A program made the position numbers and the translations under genes. A model generated the notes under the pieces. It saw only the letters and a program-made list of their open reading frames with translations, searched no databases and was not told the DNA's origin. DNA of 60,889 nucleotides from a virus (lineage: Duplodnaviria; Heunggongvirae; Uroviricota; Caudoviricetes), in the IMG/VR virus record IMGVR_UViG_3300028833_000055, positions 302,446 to 363,334 of that record; one strand, 5' to 3'. This document shows, one piece after another, positions 45,774 through 55,072 of the stretch (positions are counted from its first letter, which is position 1; each line of letters opens with the position of its first letter).

Positions 45774-47111
45774 TTAATCAAACCTTCCATCTTTTCCGTA
45801 AAAATAGACAACTGTCGGGAATCTTAACGATATTCCGCCTTGCAGATTGCTGGTTTCCTCGAAGTACTGCACCTTTACTATTGAACCTATTATCTCTTCC
45901 GGATGGTCGTGCAAGTATTCCCTCTGTTCTTTCGAAAAACCGCTGCCCACCTTGACATCAAATCCCTTGTGGTTTATCGTTATGGAGGCGAGAACCTCCT
46001 TTTCGACCTGTCTTCCCTCCTCAACGAACCTCATATCACCCATCTCATATCCGGTAATGGTGTATTCGTTGTCAAAAAATCCCTTTACTTTCAACAAGTT
46101 ATTCGTTCTACCACACTCATATGGTATATTTTTTCTTATCATAAGACCTTCCCAGCCTTTTTTCCTCGATTCCGTAAAGGCCTCCATCAATTCCTCCTTG
46201 GAAACGACCAGTTTCTGTTCAACAAGGTTGAAATTGGAGTTAATATCGGGGTTACAAAGGAAAAATAGACGGAGTTCCTCGTATCTTACCTCAAAATTGT
46301 CACTCTCCTTCCTTCCGTAGAACTCATCCTCCGTGAGTTTGTCGAAAACCTTCATAACCGGATGCTCTATGGTGTAGTTTTTCTTGGTTATGACCTTCAT
46401 AATCTCCTGAAAATTCTCATTTCCATCGTCATCTATGATACAAACCTCCCCATCGAGGACAAAATCACCGGAAACTTTGCCTATGACCCTCTTCAACACA
46501 CCGAGAGTCTTTATTTCCTTGCCCTGTCTTGAAAAACAAGTCACATTTTCTCCCCTTTTTATCAAAATTAACCTGTTTCCGTCAAGTTTTCTTGACATAA
46601 ACCACTTTTCCTTCGTGAAATCAACCTTGTCTTCACGCTCGAAGTACTTGTTGGCGAGGGCGACATACTCCGTGAACGGAAGTTTCACCGGAAACACCTT
46701 CGCCATCGTCTTTACATTGACCCCGCACTTGAAATCCTTGTCAAGTATCATCTTGAACATCTCGGTCGCCTCATCCCCCTTGTTTCTACGGAGATTTTCC
46801 ATATAGAATTTCACGGAAGAGAGGGCAGTGTCACCCGTCAACCTTCTGTCCATAAGGTCTGTCAGGATATATTTCACATAATCGCCGTTATATTCGACCG
46901 GAGGAGTGTCTTTCGAAAATGATTCGACTTTTTCCGAAGTAACTCCGAACGTTATGTCCCCGTCATATATGAAATTGAATATTTCAAGATACGACTCCTC
47001 GTTGTTCCTGTACTCTTCACTTTCCTTGAACTCGCACAACGTCTCTATTTTCTTCTTTACCGATGAGCAGGAGGCAAGTTCCTTGTGTAATCTGTATAAT
47101 CTTTCAAGCAT
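45774..47111 (-). CDS. ATP-dependent DNA ligase
   Basis: KLDGNR, SRQGK, LDGE, EGLMIR, LLKVK, VGSGFS, SLRFP. Confidence 0.95.
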   Translation of the reverse strand: MLERLYRLHKELASCSSVKKKIETLCEFKESEEYRNNEESYLEIFNFIYDGDITFGVTSEKVESFSKDTPPVEYNGDYVKYILTDLMDRRLTGDTALSSVKFYMENLRRNKGDEATEMFKMILDKDFKCGVNVKTMAKVFPVKLPFTEYVALANKYFEREDKVDFTKEKWFMSRKLDGNRLILIKRGENVTCFSRQGKEIKTLGVLKRVIGKVSGDFVLDGEVCIIDDDGNENFQEIMKVITKKNYTIEHPVMKVFDKLTEDEFYGRKESDNFEVRYEELRLFFLCNPDINSNFNLVEQKLVVSKEELMEAFTESRKKGWEGLMIRKNIPYECGRTNNLLKVKGFFDNEYTITGYEMGDMRFVEEGRQVEKEVLASITINHKGFDVKVGSGFSKEQREYLHDHPEEIIGSIVKVQYFEETSNLQGGISLRFPTVVYFYGKDGRFD

Positions 47112-47117
47112 AACTAC

Positions 47118-48020
47118 TTAATCTTTTATGTTTTTCAATATGTGTGCAATCACATCCACAGTCCATCCGTTACCGAGAGCCCTCTTCGCTTGACTTTCAC
47201 TTATCGGTGATGTGTATCCGTCAGGCAGAGTCTGCAATCTTTCACATTCAGTCCTGTTCAGGTATCTCCAAGGGAGTTTTCTTCCGTTCAGACCGAAAGC
47301 GTCAACGTGTCTTCCAAACGGAAGAGGTGTCAAGACATTATCCTTCCCCACCGTAGTGAGACAGTTGACCTTCCTGTTGTTCGACTTTCTCACTTCAAGA
47401 CACTGTGTGATAGGTATCCCCTTGTTATAGTCCTGTCTGTGCCCGCTTCTGTCGAGTCTTCTGCCTACTATGGTCGCCTTGTGCAATTCGTCACCACCGA
47501 AGTCGTCACCATCGATGATGTCTTCAAGAAATATGTACCGGTCCTTCGGCTGTCCCACATTCGGTATGTTCGTCCAGTACAGTCTCACCCTGTTCTGGGC
47601 GGAGACAAGCGAACTGTTTATGCAAATCGGTTCCACTCCAAGATAATCCGTTATTATATCCTCGTGCTGTCTTTTCATCTTGACATTTTCAAGAAGAAAG
47701 TACTTCGGTTCGGCTTCCTTCAGAGCCCTTACGAACTCGAAGAACAATTTCGACCTCGGGTCGTTGAAGTTGAGACCTTTTCCGGCGGATGAAAATCCCT
47801 GGCAGGGACTTCCTCCCATCAGAATGTCATACCCCTTGAACTGGGTGAAGTCCGCTCCGACCACCGAACCGTGTTGTCTTATGTCGGGGTAGTTGGTGTT
47901 CGCCACCTTCATGGCGTTTTCATCTATTTCGAAAGAATCGTATGACTCGACATCGAACCCGCACCTTTCAAGTGCAACCCTTCCACAGGCTATTCCGTCA
48001 AATAAACTTAATATTTTCAT
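47118..48020 (-). CDS. DNA cytosine-C5 methyltransferase (paralog A)
   Basis: LSLFDG, GGSPCQGFS, LLENV, QNRVRLYW, ERLQT, LGNGW. Confidence 0.93.
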   Translation of the reverse strand: MKILSLFDGIACGRVALERCGFDVESYDSFEIDENAMKVANTNYPDIRQHGSVVGADFTQFKGYDILMGGSPCQGFSSAGKGLNFNDPRSKLFFEFVRALKEAEPKYFLLENVKMKRQHEDIITDYLGVEPICINSSLVSAQNRVRLYWTNIPNVGQPKDRYIFLEDIIDGDDFGGDELHKATIVGRRLDRSGHRQDYNKGIPITQCLEVRKSNNRKVNCLTTVGKDNVLTPLPFGRHVDAFGLNGRKLPWRYLNRTECERLQTLPDGYTSPISESQAKRALGNGWTVDVIAHILKNIKD

Positions 48021-48850
48021 TCTACAATGTTTTTCAATATGTGTGAAATCACATCCACAGTCCATCCGTTCCCAATCATCTTGTATCTGGCCGAATCACT
48101 CACACCTTCCGTATAGTTGTCCGGAAGTGTCTGCAACCTCTCACATTCAACCGGAGTAAGTCTCCTGTATCCACTTTCGGTAAAGTCACTCTTTACATAT
48201 GGACAATATGGAGGTTGTTTATAATATGACGCCAGAATAGGTTTAGATTTGCCTTCTAACGGACTTTCTTTCCAAGATGGATAAGATTTAAGGAAAGCGT
48301 CATAATGTCGTTTAGAAAGGGGATATGACCCCTTATCGTCTTCGAGGATGTCTTTCAGCAATATCCCACGGTCTTCCGGTAGTGTAATATCCGGTATGTT
48401 CGTCCAGTACAACCTCTGTCTGTTCTGGGCGGAAACCAAGTTACTGTTTATTAGTACCGGTTCCACTCCGAGATGTTCCGTAATGACCTTTTCGAAATTC
48501 TTCGGCATCTTTACGTTTTCAAGAAGAAAGTATTTCGGTTCGATTTCCTTCAGAGCCCTTACGAACTCGAAGAACAACACAGACCTTTCATCCTCGAAGT
48601 TAAGTCTTTCACCGGCGAAACTAAATCCCTGACAAGGACTTCCTCCCATCAGCAGGTCATACCCCTTGAAACGGGTGAAGTCCGCTCCGACCACCGAACC
48701 GTGCTGTATTATGTCCGGATAGTTCTTCAGACTTATCTTTATCGGGTCCTTCTCGATTTCAAACGCATCATATGTTTCCACATCGAACCCGCACCTTTCA
48801 AGGGCGACCCTGCCGCAACCCATTCCATCGAAAAGACTAATCACCTTCAT
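48017..48850 (-). CDS. DNA cytosine-C5 methyltransferase (paralog B)
   Basis: Same motifs, different variable region. Confidence 0.93.
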   Translation of the reverse strand: MKVISLFDGMGCGRVALERCGFDVETYDAFEIEKDPIKISLKNYPDIIQHGSVVGADFTRFKGYDLLMGGSPCQGFSFAGERLNFEDERSVLFFEFVRALKEIEPKYFLLENVKMPKNFEKVITEHLGVEPVLINSNLVSAQNRQRLYWTNIPDITLPEDRGILLKDILEDDKGSYPLSKRHYDAFLKSYPSWKESPLEGKSKPILASYYKQPPYCPYVKSDFTESGYRRLTPVECERLQTLPDNYTEGVSDSARYKMIGNGWTVDVISHILKNIVE

Positions 48851-49823
48851 ACCACAAATCAATATTGGTTTTTGACAACGGGGTGGCCGCCGAAGCACCA
48901 CAAGGAAATCCCATAAGGTATTCTGCATTTGTGGGGGTGGCCTTCTTGAAGACAGTGACAAAGTTTCTGCAACCCCGATGTTTCTGCATAGACGAACACG
49001 AATAGTTGGGTATTGTTACGGGTGTGGAGATGTATCCGAAATCCATTCCGTATGTCCTTTTTATCCACGAGTTTTTCACTTCAAAGACTTCCGATATTTC
49101 TTTCCGTGAAGCGGTCAGCGGACATTTGACATCCCTGATGTATCTGTTGACGAGTATACGGAAGGCGGTCGCCGCCACATATGGGGACTGTGCATTGCCG
49201 ACACCCCTCAACTGCTCGAACCTGTTTTCAACCGGAACGGTTTCACCGAAATGTTCCAAGTCGTTGTTCCACACTGAAGCCTTGAGTTTTTTCCATACCG
49301 ACAGATGTTGTGCTATCTTGTTGAACACATCGGTATCCTTGACACCGAGAAGCCAGAACCTGGTTCTTCTATGGTCTCCCCCGAGTTCACCGCAGGAAAG
49401 TTCGACGACCTGTGTGACATACCCGATGGACTCAAGGTCTTTTCTTGCCATCGTTATCGCCTTTGATGTAACATTCTCACCGAACACAACCGGAGCGTCC
49501 GATTCTTTTGCAAAACGGAACATCTCACCCCACAGGTTCTTGGATGATATGTTTCTTCCATGGGCGGCGTGTGAAAACGCCTGGCAAGGAAAACCCCCGC
49601 AAAGCACATCGAATGTCCCCTTGAATGAAGTCCCGTCCAGTTCGGTCAAGTCATCGTAAATTGGAAATTCGTTCATCCATCCGTCCTTCTGTCTCTGTAG
49701 CAGAACATCCTTGCAATGTTCGTCTATTTCAACGGCACCACTGCACTTGTGTCCGAGAAGTTTTCCGCCATATATTCCACCGCCTATACCGGCGAACAAG
49801 TGTAATTCCCTTATGTCTTCCAT
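48837..49823 (-). CDS. DNA cytosine-C5 methyltransferase (distinct clade)
   Basis: LFAGIGG, GGFPCQ, ENV, HRRTRFW, GNAQ, EYLMGFP. Confidence 0.88.
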   Translation of the reverse strand: MEDIRELHLFAGIGGGIYGGKLLGHKCSGAVEIDEHCKDVLLQRQKDGWMNEFPIYDDLTELDGTSFKGTFDVLCGGFPCQAFSHAAHGRNISSKNLWGEMFRFAKESDAPVVFGENVTSKAITMARKDLESIGYVTQVVELSCGELGGDHRRTRFWLLGVKDTDVFNKIAQHLSVWKKLKASVWNNDLEHFGETVPVENRFEQLRGVGNAQSPYVAATAFRILVNRYIRDVKCPLTASRKEISEVFEVKNSWIKRTYGMDFGYISTPVTIPNYSCSSMQKHRGCRNFVTVFKKATPTNAEYLMGFPCGASAATPLSKTNIDLWYEGD

Positions 49824-50467
49824 TATTTTTCGGTCGAATAAAGTTCTGAGAGTTTCTTTGCAAACCTCGTATAGGCCATTTCCACTATTTTATCGGAATA
49901 TCCGAAGAAACGGTCGTATCTCTCATCCCTTGCAACCTTGAGGAAGATGTCTTTGAGGGAGACTTTCGGTTCCTTGTTGAGTTTTCTCTTTATGTTGTCC
50001 ACCATCTTTCCAATCATACCGGTGTGTCTTTCCTCCACAAGTCCGTTCAACTTGACCTCGTGGTCGAGCTGTTCGAAAAAGTCAGAGTCGGCGAGACCGT
50101 TTATGTCAACAAACATACCGTCATTCGCCGAAACTTCATAAAGGGCAAGGAAAAGACAACCCTTCTCCGTGAGACAGTATCTTATCTCATCGAACTTGTC
50201 ACACACTCTTCCGCCGGGTGTAAAGTTCTTGCAATTATCCTGTCTGGTGCAGTCTTCACAAGATGGTTCCACTGAATAGTCCTTGCAGACGGCCTTGTTT
50301 CTTATATAGCCCCGACATTTGTCCTTTTTTGAACAGTCGTTACAAGTGGCGGCTTCCTCATCGAACCCGTAATAATCACAAAGAATAGGTTTTTCTTCGT
50401 TAATGTTCTCGCAATCGAACCTGTTCAGACAGTTCATACAGTTGTTAAAAGTTACATCTCTATTCAT
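49823..50467 (-). CDS. protein with three Cys-rich repeats
   Basis: CxxCxxxxxC...C units. Confidence 0.7.
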   Translation of the reverse strand: MNRDVTFNNCMNCLNRFDCENINEEKPILCDYYGFDEEAATCNDCSKKDKCRGYIRNKAVCKDYSVEPSCEDCTRQDNCKNFTPGGRVCDKFDEIRYCLTEKGCLFLALYEVSANDGMFVDINGLADSDFFEQLDHEVKLNGLVEERHTGMIGKMVDNIKRKLNKEPKVSLKDIFLKVARDERYDRFFGYSDKIVEMAYTRFAKKLSELYSTEK

Positions 50468-50543
50468 TTCCTTAAAATTAAATGATTATCAAGTTAAATA
50501 TAACAAAAAATGGAAGAAAGGTTGGTTCTTTCTTCCAAAAATA

Positions 50544-50960
50544 TTATCTCAAATCAAACAAATTACCTTGTCCTCTGTCTCCGTGTCTCCTTATCACGGA
50601 TATTCTCCAAGGAATAGCATGATAGAAGTTTCCACATTGTGTTTCAAGAGCCGAATTGCATACCTCACAAAGTCCGTGTCTCAATCTCCACGGTGTCCTG
50701 ACCTCCCTTCCACAACGGTAGCAATGGTTGTCAAGTTTCCTGACGAACCGTATGTGCAAGTCGGAATCGAATATCTCGTGCTTTCTGTTCTGGTGTCTTC
50801 TTCTTCCGAATATTTCTTCACGTCTCTGCAACCTGTTGAACTGGTCGAGTGTCAGATTGTCGTCTTCAAGAAACTCCATATCCGGAAGTCTCAACTCATC
50901 GTCTATCACGTTGTCACCGAAATCACGATGTTCGGTGAGGTCTATCTTTTGTGGAATCAT
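50544..50960 (-). CDS. hypothetical Zn-finger protein
   Basis: CYRC...LCEVC. Confidence 0.65.
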   Translation of the reverse strand: MIPQKIDLTEHRDFGDNVIDDELRLPDMEFLEDDNLTLDQFNRLQRREEIFGRRRHQNRKHEIFDSDLHIRFVRKLDNHCYRCGREVRTPWRLRHGLCEVCNSALETQCGNFYHAIPWRISVIRRHGDRGQGNLFDLR

Positions 50961-51748
50961 TTCTTGCTGAATACACTTCTAACCTTCTTGAAAAACCTCT
51001 TGACTGGATTACCGTTTGTCTTCTGGTATGTTGGAAGTGCAACCCTTTCATTCTCAATGGTAAGTGCATATCTGGAGTCTTCCGGCTTATTGTTCTCCTT
51101 GTATTCGTTCAAGATTGAAAGAAGTTCTTCGGCATCCTTCGGAATAGAAGTTGTCACCGTAGGATTTATGTTCTTTTTCTCCTTGTATTCGTTAATCATC
51201 TTGTCGAGGGTGAGGTCACAGTATTCATCAACCCAGTCTCCGAGGAAATAGAAGCGGTCGGCCACATTCGAGTTGTTTTTGAAAACACCGAAAAGAATGG
51301 GGTCCTTGTCCCTTCTTTCCTTTTCAACTTTTCTCTCTTCCTCGCCGGTATAGTCGGTAAATACGACATACATTTCGTCAAAGAGACCGTTGACCTTTTC
51401 TATTGTGTCAACAAGTTCATCGGGAATTTCCCTCATATACCTCGAAAGTTCTATAATCTTGACAGTCTGGTCGGCCACATTCTCGATATAGTCCTCGATG
51501 ACATCCTTATAGACGAATGTTGTGATACCCATCTCAATAAGTTTCTCTTCCTTTACAAGTGTCTCTGCAAGGAAACAGAGCTTTTTAAGGGATTCGACTT
51601 GCCCGAGTTTCTTATACTTCTCTGCAAGTTTAAGAAATACATCGAAAGAGTCATGGAGTGCTTTCGTGGTTATTGTTTTCTTCGCTTCCTTCAATGTGTC
51701 AAAATATTGACTCGGTGTAATCACCTTTTCGTTCTTATTGTCTTTCAT
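50957..51748 (-). CDS. conserved hypothetical phage protein
   Basis: 263 aa; KDPILFG, DWVDEYCDLT. Confidence 0.8.
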   Translation of the reverse strand: MKDNKNEKVITPSQYFDTLKEAKKTITTKALHDSFDVFLKLAEKYKKLGQVESLKKLCFLAETLVKEEKLIEMGITTFVYKDVIEDYIENVADQTVKIIELSRYMREIPDELVDTIEKVNGLFDEMYVVFTDYTGEEERKVEKERRDKDPILFGVFKNNSNVADRFYFLGDWVDEYCDLTLDKMINEYKEKKNINPTVTTSIPKDAEELLSILNEYKENNKPEDSRYALTIENERVALPTYQKTNGNPVKRFFKKVRSVFSKK

Positions 51749-51763
51749 AATTAAATTTTTAAG

Positions 51764-51837
51764 AGTCTGGGGTGGGATTCGAACCCACGAAAAATAGTTT
51801 TGCAGACTATCCCCTTAGACCACTCGGGCACCCAGAC
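51764..51837 (-). tRNA. tRNA-Cys(GCA)
   Basis: Cloverleaf, loop CT-GCA-AA. Confidence 0.85.
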
Positions 51838-51841
51838 ATTT

Positions 51842-51915
51842 GTTCACCCAACAGGACTCGAACCCGTACCAGATGGTCCGTAGCCACCCGTTCTATCCAT
51901 TAAACTATGGGTGAA
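51842..51915 (-). tRNA. tRNA-Arg(ACG)
   Basis: Loop CT-ACG-GA; 5' end overlaps the stop of the upstream CDS. Confidence 0.8.
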
Positions 51916-52351
51916 TTATTTTGTATCCAAGTTCGGAAAGATGTTCAATCGCTTCCTTGGTATATTTATCTTTTTGTTTTTTCTCCACTTCCTCTATGAG
52001 TGAAATGGCGTTGTCTATCTCTCTTTTTTCCCTCTCTATTCTTTCTACACGCTTTTCTTCGGGTTCATTCACGGTGGTCTGGACATAGATGTCTATTCTT
52101 GCATCATCCGATATGGAACATCTGATTTCGTCTTCATCTTTCGGTGATTCGGTGAGGGTGAATATGACTTCCTTTTCATCGGCCTTGATGTCTTCAAGTG
52201 ACTTGCTTATGTTTTCAAGCATCTTGATGAAATTCGAAAATTCATCCGGTTCAAAGATTATCTCGTCGATGAAGTTTCCTTTCACGGTGGTGACATATGT
52301 CTTTTCCACATTGTTTTCACAGTCTCTTATAAAATGTCCTCTATAATCCAT
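51905..52351 (-). CDS. hypothetical protein
   Basis: 148 aa. Confidence 0.7.
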   Translation of the reverse strand: MDYRGHFIRDCENNVEKTYVTTVKGNFIDEIIFEPDEFSNFIKMLENISKSLEDIKADEKEVIFTLTESPKDEDEIRCSISDDARIDIYVQTTVNEPEEKRVERIEREKREIDNAISLIEEVEKKQKDKYTKEAIEHLSELGYKIIHP

Positions 52352-52393
52352 ATCTTCAATTTTTTATTCTGGACAGTCGGTATAAGTTAAAAA

Positions 52394-52518
52394 GGTTGGC
52401 GGTGTATGACAGAGACAGCCTTCAGCACAAGAAAACTTTTAAATAGGCAGCCGTCCACTTCTCATCTTCTCGTTATTTGTCTATACTTTTCTTGTTTGTG
52501 TTCATACACCACTCAACC
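52394..52518 (-). ncRNA. rod-shaped candidate ncRNA
   Basis: GGTTG..GGTGTATGA/TCATACACC..CAACC and ACAAGAAAA/TTTTCTTGT helices. Confidence 0.45.
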
Positions 52519-52523
52519 GGGTG

Positions 52524-52609
52524 TGCCGGAGGTGGGACTCGAACCCACACGGGCATTACTGCCCAAAGGATTTTAAGTCCTTCGCGTCTACCAGTTCCGC
52601 CACTCCGAC
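52524..52609 (-). tRNA. tRNA-Leu(TAA)
   Basis: Long variable arm; CT-TAA-AA. Confidence 0.9.
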
Positions 52610-52613
52610 ATTG

Positions 52614-52742
52614 TGGGAGATGAAGGATTCGAACCTCCTAAGCCGAAAACGGCAACAGCTCCACTTGAGAACAGTTCGCTGGATGATTCTTTAACAAGAA
52701 TCTTATCTCTCTGTCCCAACTCTCCTACGTTGGCGCTCTCCC
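52614..52742 (-). tRNA. tRNA-like (Tyr-type body) with ACAGC-module insert; anticodon unresolved
   Basis: Acceptor, D, V and T arms intact; ~50-nt insert GATTCTT-GTTA-AAGAATC-AT-CCAGCGA. Confidence 0.6.
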
Positions 52743-52751
52743 TTGATTTTG

Positions 52752-52835
52752 TGCCGATGACAGGACTCGAACCTGTATGGGCTTTCGCCCGCCACATCCT
52801 GAATGTGGTGCGTCTACCAGTTCCGCCACACCGGC
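52752..52835 (-). tRNA. tRNA-Leu(CAG)
   Basis: TT-CAG-GA. Confidence 0.9.
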
Positions 52836-52844
52836 GATTTGTTG

Positions 52845-52928
52845 TGCCCAGGACAGGACTTGAACCTGCACGGGGATACCCCCACCAGCCCCTCAAGCTG
52901 GCGCGTCTACCAATTCCGCCACCTGGGC
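52845..52928 (-). tRNA. tRNA-Leu(GAG)
   Basis: TT-GAG-GG. Confidence 0.9.
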
Positions 52929-52932
52929 ATTG

Positions 52933-53005
52933 TTGAGTAGGAAGGATTCGAACCTTCAACTTTCTGATTCAGAGTCAGATGCTCTACCAATTGAACTACT
53001 ACTCA
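52933..53005 (-). tRNA. tRNA-Gln(CTG)
   Basis: CT-CTG-AA. Confidence 0.85.
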
Positions 53006-53013
53006 ATATTTTG

Positions 53014-53086
53014 CAGTGCCACCGGGACTCGAACCCGGATTTCCAGCTTGAGAGGCTGGCCTCCTAACCGGTTAGAGGATGGCACC
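53014..53086 (-). tRNA. tRNA-Glu(CTC)
   Basis: CT-CTC-AA. Confidence 0.85.
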
Positions 53087-53088
53087 AT

Positions 53089-53208
53089 TGGCAGAAGTGG
53101 AAGGAATCGAACCCTCATCTGTGGTTTTATTTTTACAAGTGAATTAAAGGCTCTCACAGGACCTTACTCTGTATGGAGACCACCATTCTACCATTGAACT
53201 ACACTTCT
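53089..53208 (-). tRNA. tRNA-Trp(CCA) with ~46-nt intron just 3' of the anticodon
   Basis: GTGGT-CT-CCA-[53128-53173]-AA-ACCAC; G73 and encoded CCA. Confidence 0.75.
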
Positions 53209-53214
53209 ATCTTG

Positions 53215-53292
53215 TAGGGAAATTGGGACTCGAACCCAAAGCTACACCTAATGGTTTCGGTGTCGGTTTATGTACCATTAACCTATTTCCCA
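53215..53292 (-). tRNA. pseudo-tRNA / tRNA-like (10-nt anticodon loop)
   Basis: Acceptor and T arm good; loop GAAACCATTA. Confidence 0.45.
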
Positions 53293-53321
53293 AAATACTT
53301 ATAAGTATAGTCTTTCGACCG

Positions 53322-53393
53322 TGGGTCAGGAGGGATTCGAACCCTCGACTCCCGCCTTAAAGGGGCGGTACTCTACCACTGAGTTACTGACCC
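53322..53393 (-). tRNA. tRNA-Lys(TTT) with C33
   Basis: CCGCC-CC-TTT-AA-GGCGG. Confidence 0.8.
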
Positions 53394-53709
53394 GTAAATA
53401 GGTTTTAATTCAAGTTTTTTTTAGTTTTTGTTCTGACCGGTGCCTTCCAAAACTTGTGCAGTGGTGTTACTGCTTTCATAAGGGATAACCTATAAAACCG
53501 CTTTTCATAAAAATACACCGGTTCCGGCCTTTGTTTAAACATTTGACAAGCTAATCAATTTCCTATTTGGGACACCACCCCCAAGAAGAAGTATTTTAGA
53601 GCTCATATTATTACTTCCCGACAAGGAATTTTCACTTATGTTCCGTGGAAAGCCACTACCACGAGTCTGAATTTTATGTCTTAGCGACCACCGACATTTT
53701 ATGTGTTTG

Positions 53710-53784
53710 CTCCAGAAGAGGGATTCGAACCCCCATCTCCGAGATTTTTACTCTCGACGGCTTCAGCCATTTGCCCATTCTGAA
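53710..53784 (-). tRNA. atypical tRNA, anticodon AAA (Phe?)
   Basis: CGAGA-GT-AAA-AA-TCTCG; good T arm. Confidence 0.5.
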
Positions 53785-53809
53785 TGTTCACCAACCGGAG
53801 TTGGTGTGT

Positions 53810-53887
53810 GGGTGAATGGTGGGACTCGAACCCACGACCTCTGGTTCCACAGACCAGCGCTCTAAAACCGACTGAGCTACATACACC
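53810..53887 (-). tRNA. tRNA-His(GTG)
   Basis: CT-GTG-GA; encoded G-1 and C73. Confidence 0.9.
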
Positions 53888-54015
53888 ATAATATTTTACA
53901 GAACCAAGTCGCTATCTCGGAATGGATGTTTCTATACCTTGGGGACCACAGCTACTCACCTTCCGTCAGCCTTTCGGCTTACTCAAACAGCACCATTGTC
54001 TTTCGACTTCTGTAG

Positions 54016-54101
54016 TGGGAGAGGAGGGATTCGAACCCCCTGTGTATCTTACGTAACGGATTTACAGTCCGCCGCCACTCCACCATCGTAGCCGCTCTCC
54101 C
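54016..54101 (-). tRNA. tRNA-Tyr(GTA)
   Basis: CT-GTA-AA, long V arm. Confidence 0.85.
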
Positions 54102-54140
54102 GTTCAAACTTATTTTAACCATCCAGTATGTCAAAGAACC

Positions 54141-54170
54141 TTTTTTGCAAAGATACTATATTTTTTTCTT
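54141..54170 (-). promoter_or_regulatory. promoter within tRNA array
   Basis: TATCTTTG core 54148-54155. Confidence 0.65.
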
Positions 54171-54197
54171 TCTGCAAAGAAAAATTTAATTTTTTTG

Positions 54198-54270
54198 TGA
54201 CCTCGGTGGGACTCGAACCCACAACCTTCTGATTAAGAGTCAGAAGCTCTACCAGTTGAGCCACGAGGTC
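54198..54270 (-). tRNA. tRNA-Lys(CTT)
   Basis: CT-CTT-AA. Confidence 0.9.
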
Positions 54271-54387
54271 ATTGACTCATAACAAAAAATGGGGTGCTCT
54301 ACCACTATTAGCACCAATGTTTCATTTTAGTCACCCGCCAAATAGAAACTTCAATCTAAAAGATTGTGGAAATGCTTGCATTATAAG

Positions 54388-54515
54388 TGCAGACGACAGG
54401 ACTCGAACCTGTAACCCATATGGGAGCGGTTTGAACCCGAAAACTTGCTGTCCAATTCTTTATCAAGAATCTGTTGATATTGGACCGCCGTGTTTACCAA
54501 TTCCACCACATCTGC
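54388..54515 (-). tRNA. tRNA-Leu-type body with ACAGC-module insert (probable anticodon CAA)
   Basis: Leu D-arm GTGGAATTGGTAAACAC; insert GATTCTT-GATA-AAGAATT-GG-ACAGCAA; TTCAAA before 3' stem. Confidence 0.6.
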
Positions 54516-54527
54516 AATTTTCTCCGG

Positions 54528-54612
54528 TGTACCGATGGTAGGACTCGAACCTACACGGACTTTCGTCCACCTGTTCCTAAAACAGGCGTGTCTACCATTC
54601 CACCACACCGGC
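54528..54612 (-). tRNA. tRNA-Leu(TAG)
   Basis: TT-TAG-GA. Confidence 0.88.
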
Positions 54613-54617
54613 GTTTG

Positions 54618-54792
54618 TGGAGTTATACAGATTCGAACTTCGTCTTCCAAACATCCTCCAATGTTCCTTTGTCGTATGTGAGGTCTGACGAAAAGGTAAA
54701 AAGTTTTATAAAACCTCTGTTCCCGCTCCCGTAACAACTGTGGCCACAACTGTTACGGCCGGCTTCCAGCCCGTTTAAGCGACCTTAACCCC
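54618..54792 (-). ncRNA. Ala-acceptor (G3:U70) tRNA-like / mini tmRNA-like RNA
   Basis: GGGGTTA/TAACTCC-A acceptor, TTCGAAT loop, ~140-nt interior. Confidence 0.45.
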
Positions 54793-54801
54793 GTTTTTTT
54801 G

Positions 54802-54872
54802 AGCGGATGATGGGAATCGAACCCACACATCCAGCTTGGAAGGCTGGCATACTACCGTTGTACTACACCCGC
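54802..54872 (-). tRNA. tRNA-Gly(TCC)
   Basis: CT-TCC-AA. Confidence 0.9.
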
Positions 54873-54878
54873 ATATCG

Positions 54879-54963
<85 letters not shown>

Positions 54964-55072
54964 ATATAAAGGTCGGGGTTTCGTATCAATCTTACTCGAG
55001 TACTACGCCGATTGAGTGTTATCCCCTGGATAGACTTTTTCCAGTGTATACTTCCGGAGTCTATCTTTAATG

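Noticed and set aside
1-51748. Long plus-strand ORFs (e.g. 13670..15001, 22715..23881, 9277..10278)
   Set aside because: Antisense shadows of motif-bearing minus-strand genes
53920-53990. Hammerhead or yybP riboswitch call
   Set aside because: Only partial motifs (CTGACGG, GAGTAGC); core consensus not met
54388-54515. Opal (TCA) suppressor reading of the Leu-bodied interrupted tRNA
   Set aside because: Possible only with a 4-bp stem and a chosen splice point; CAA fits the Leu body better
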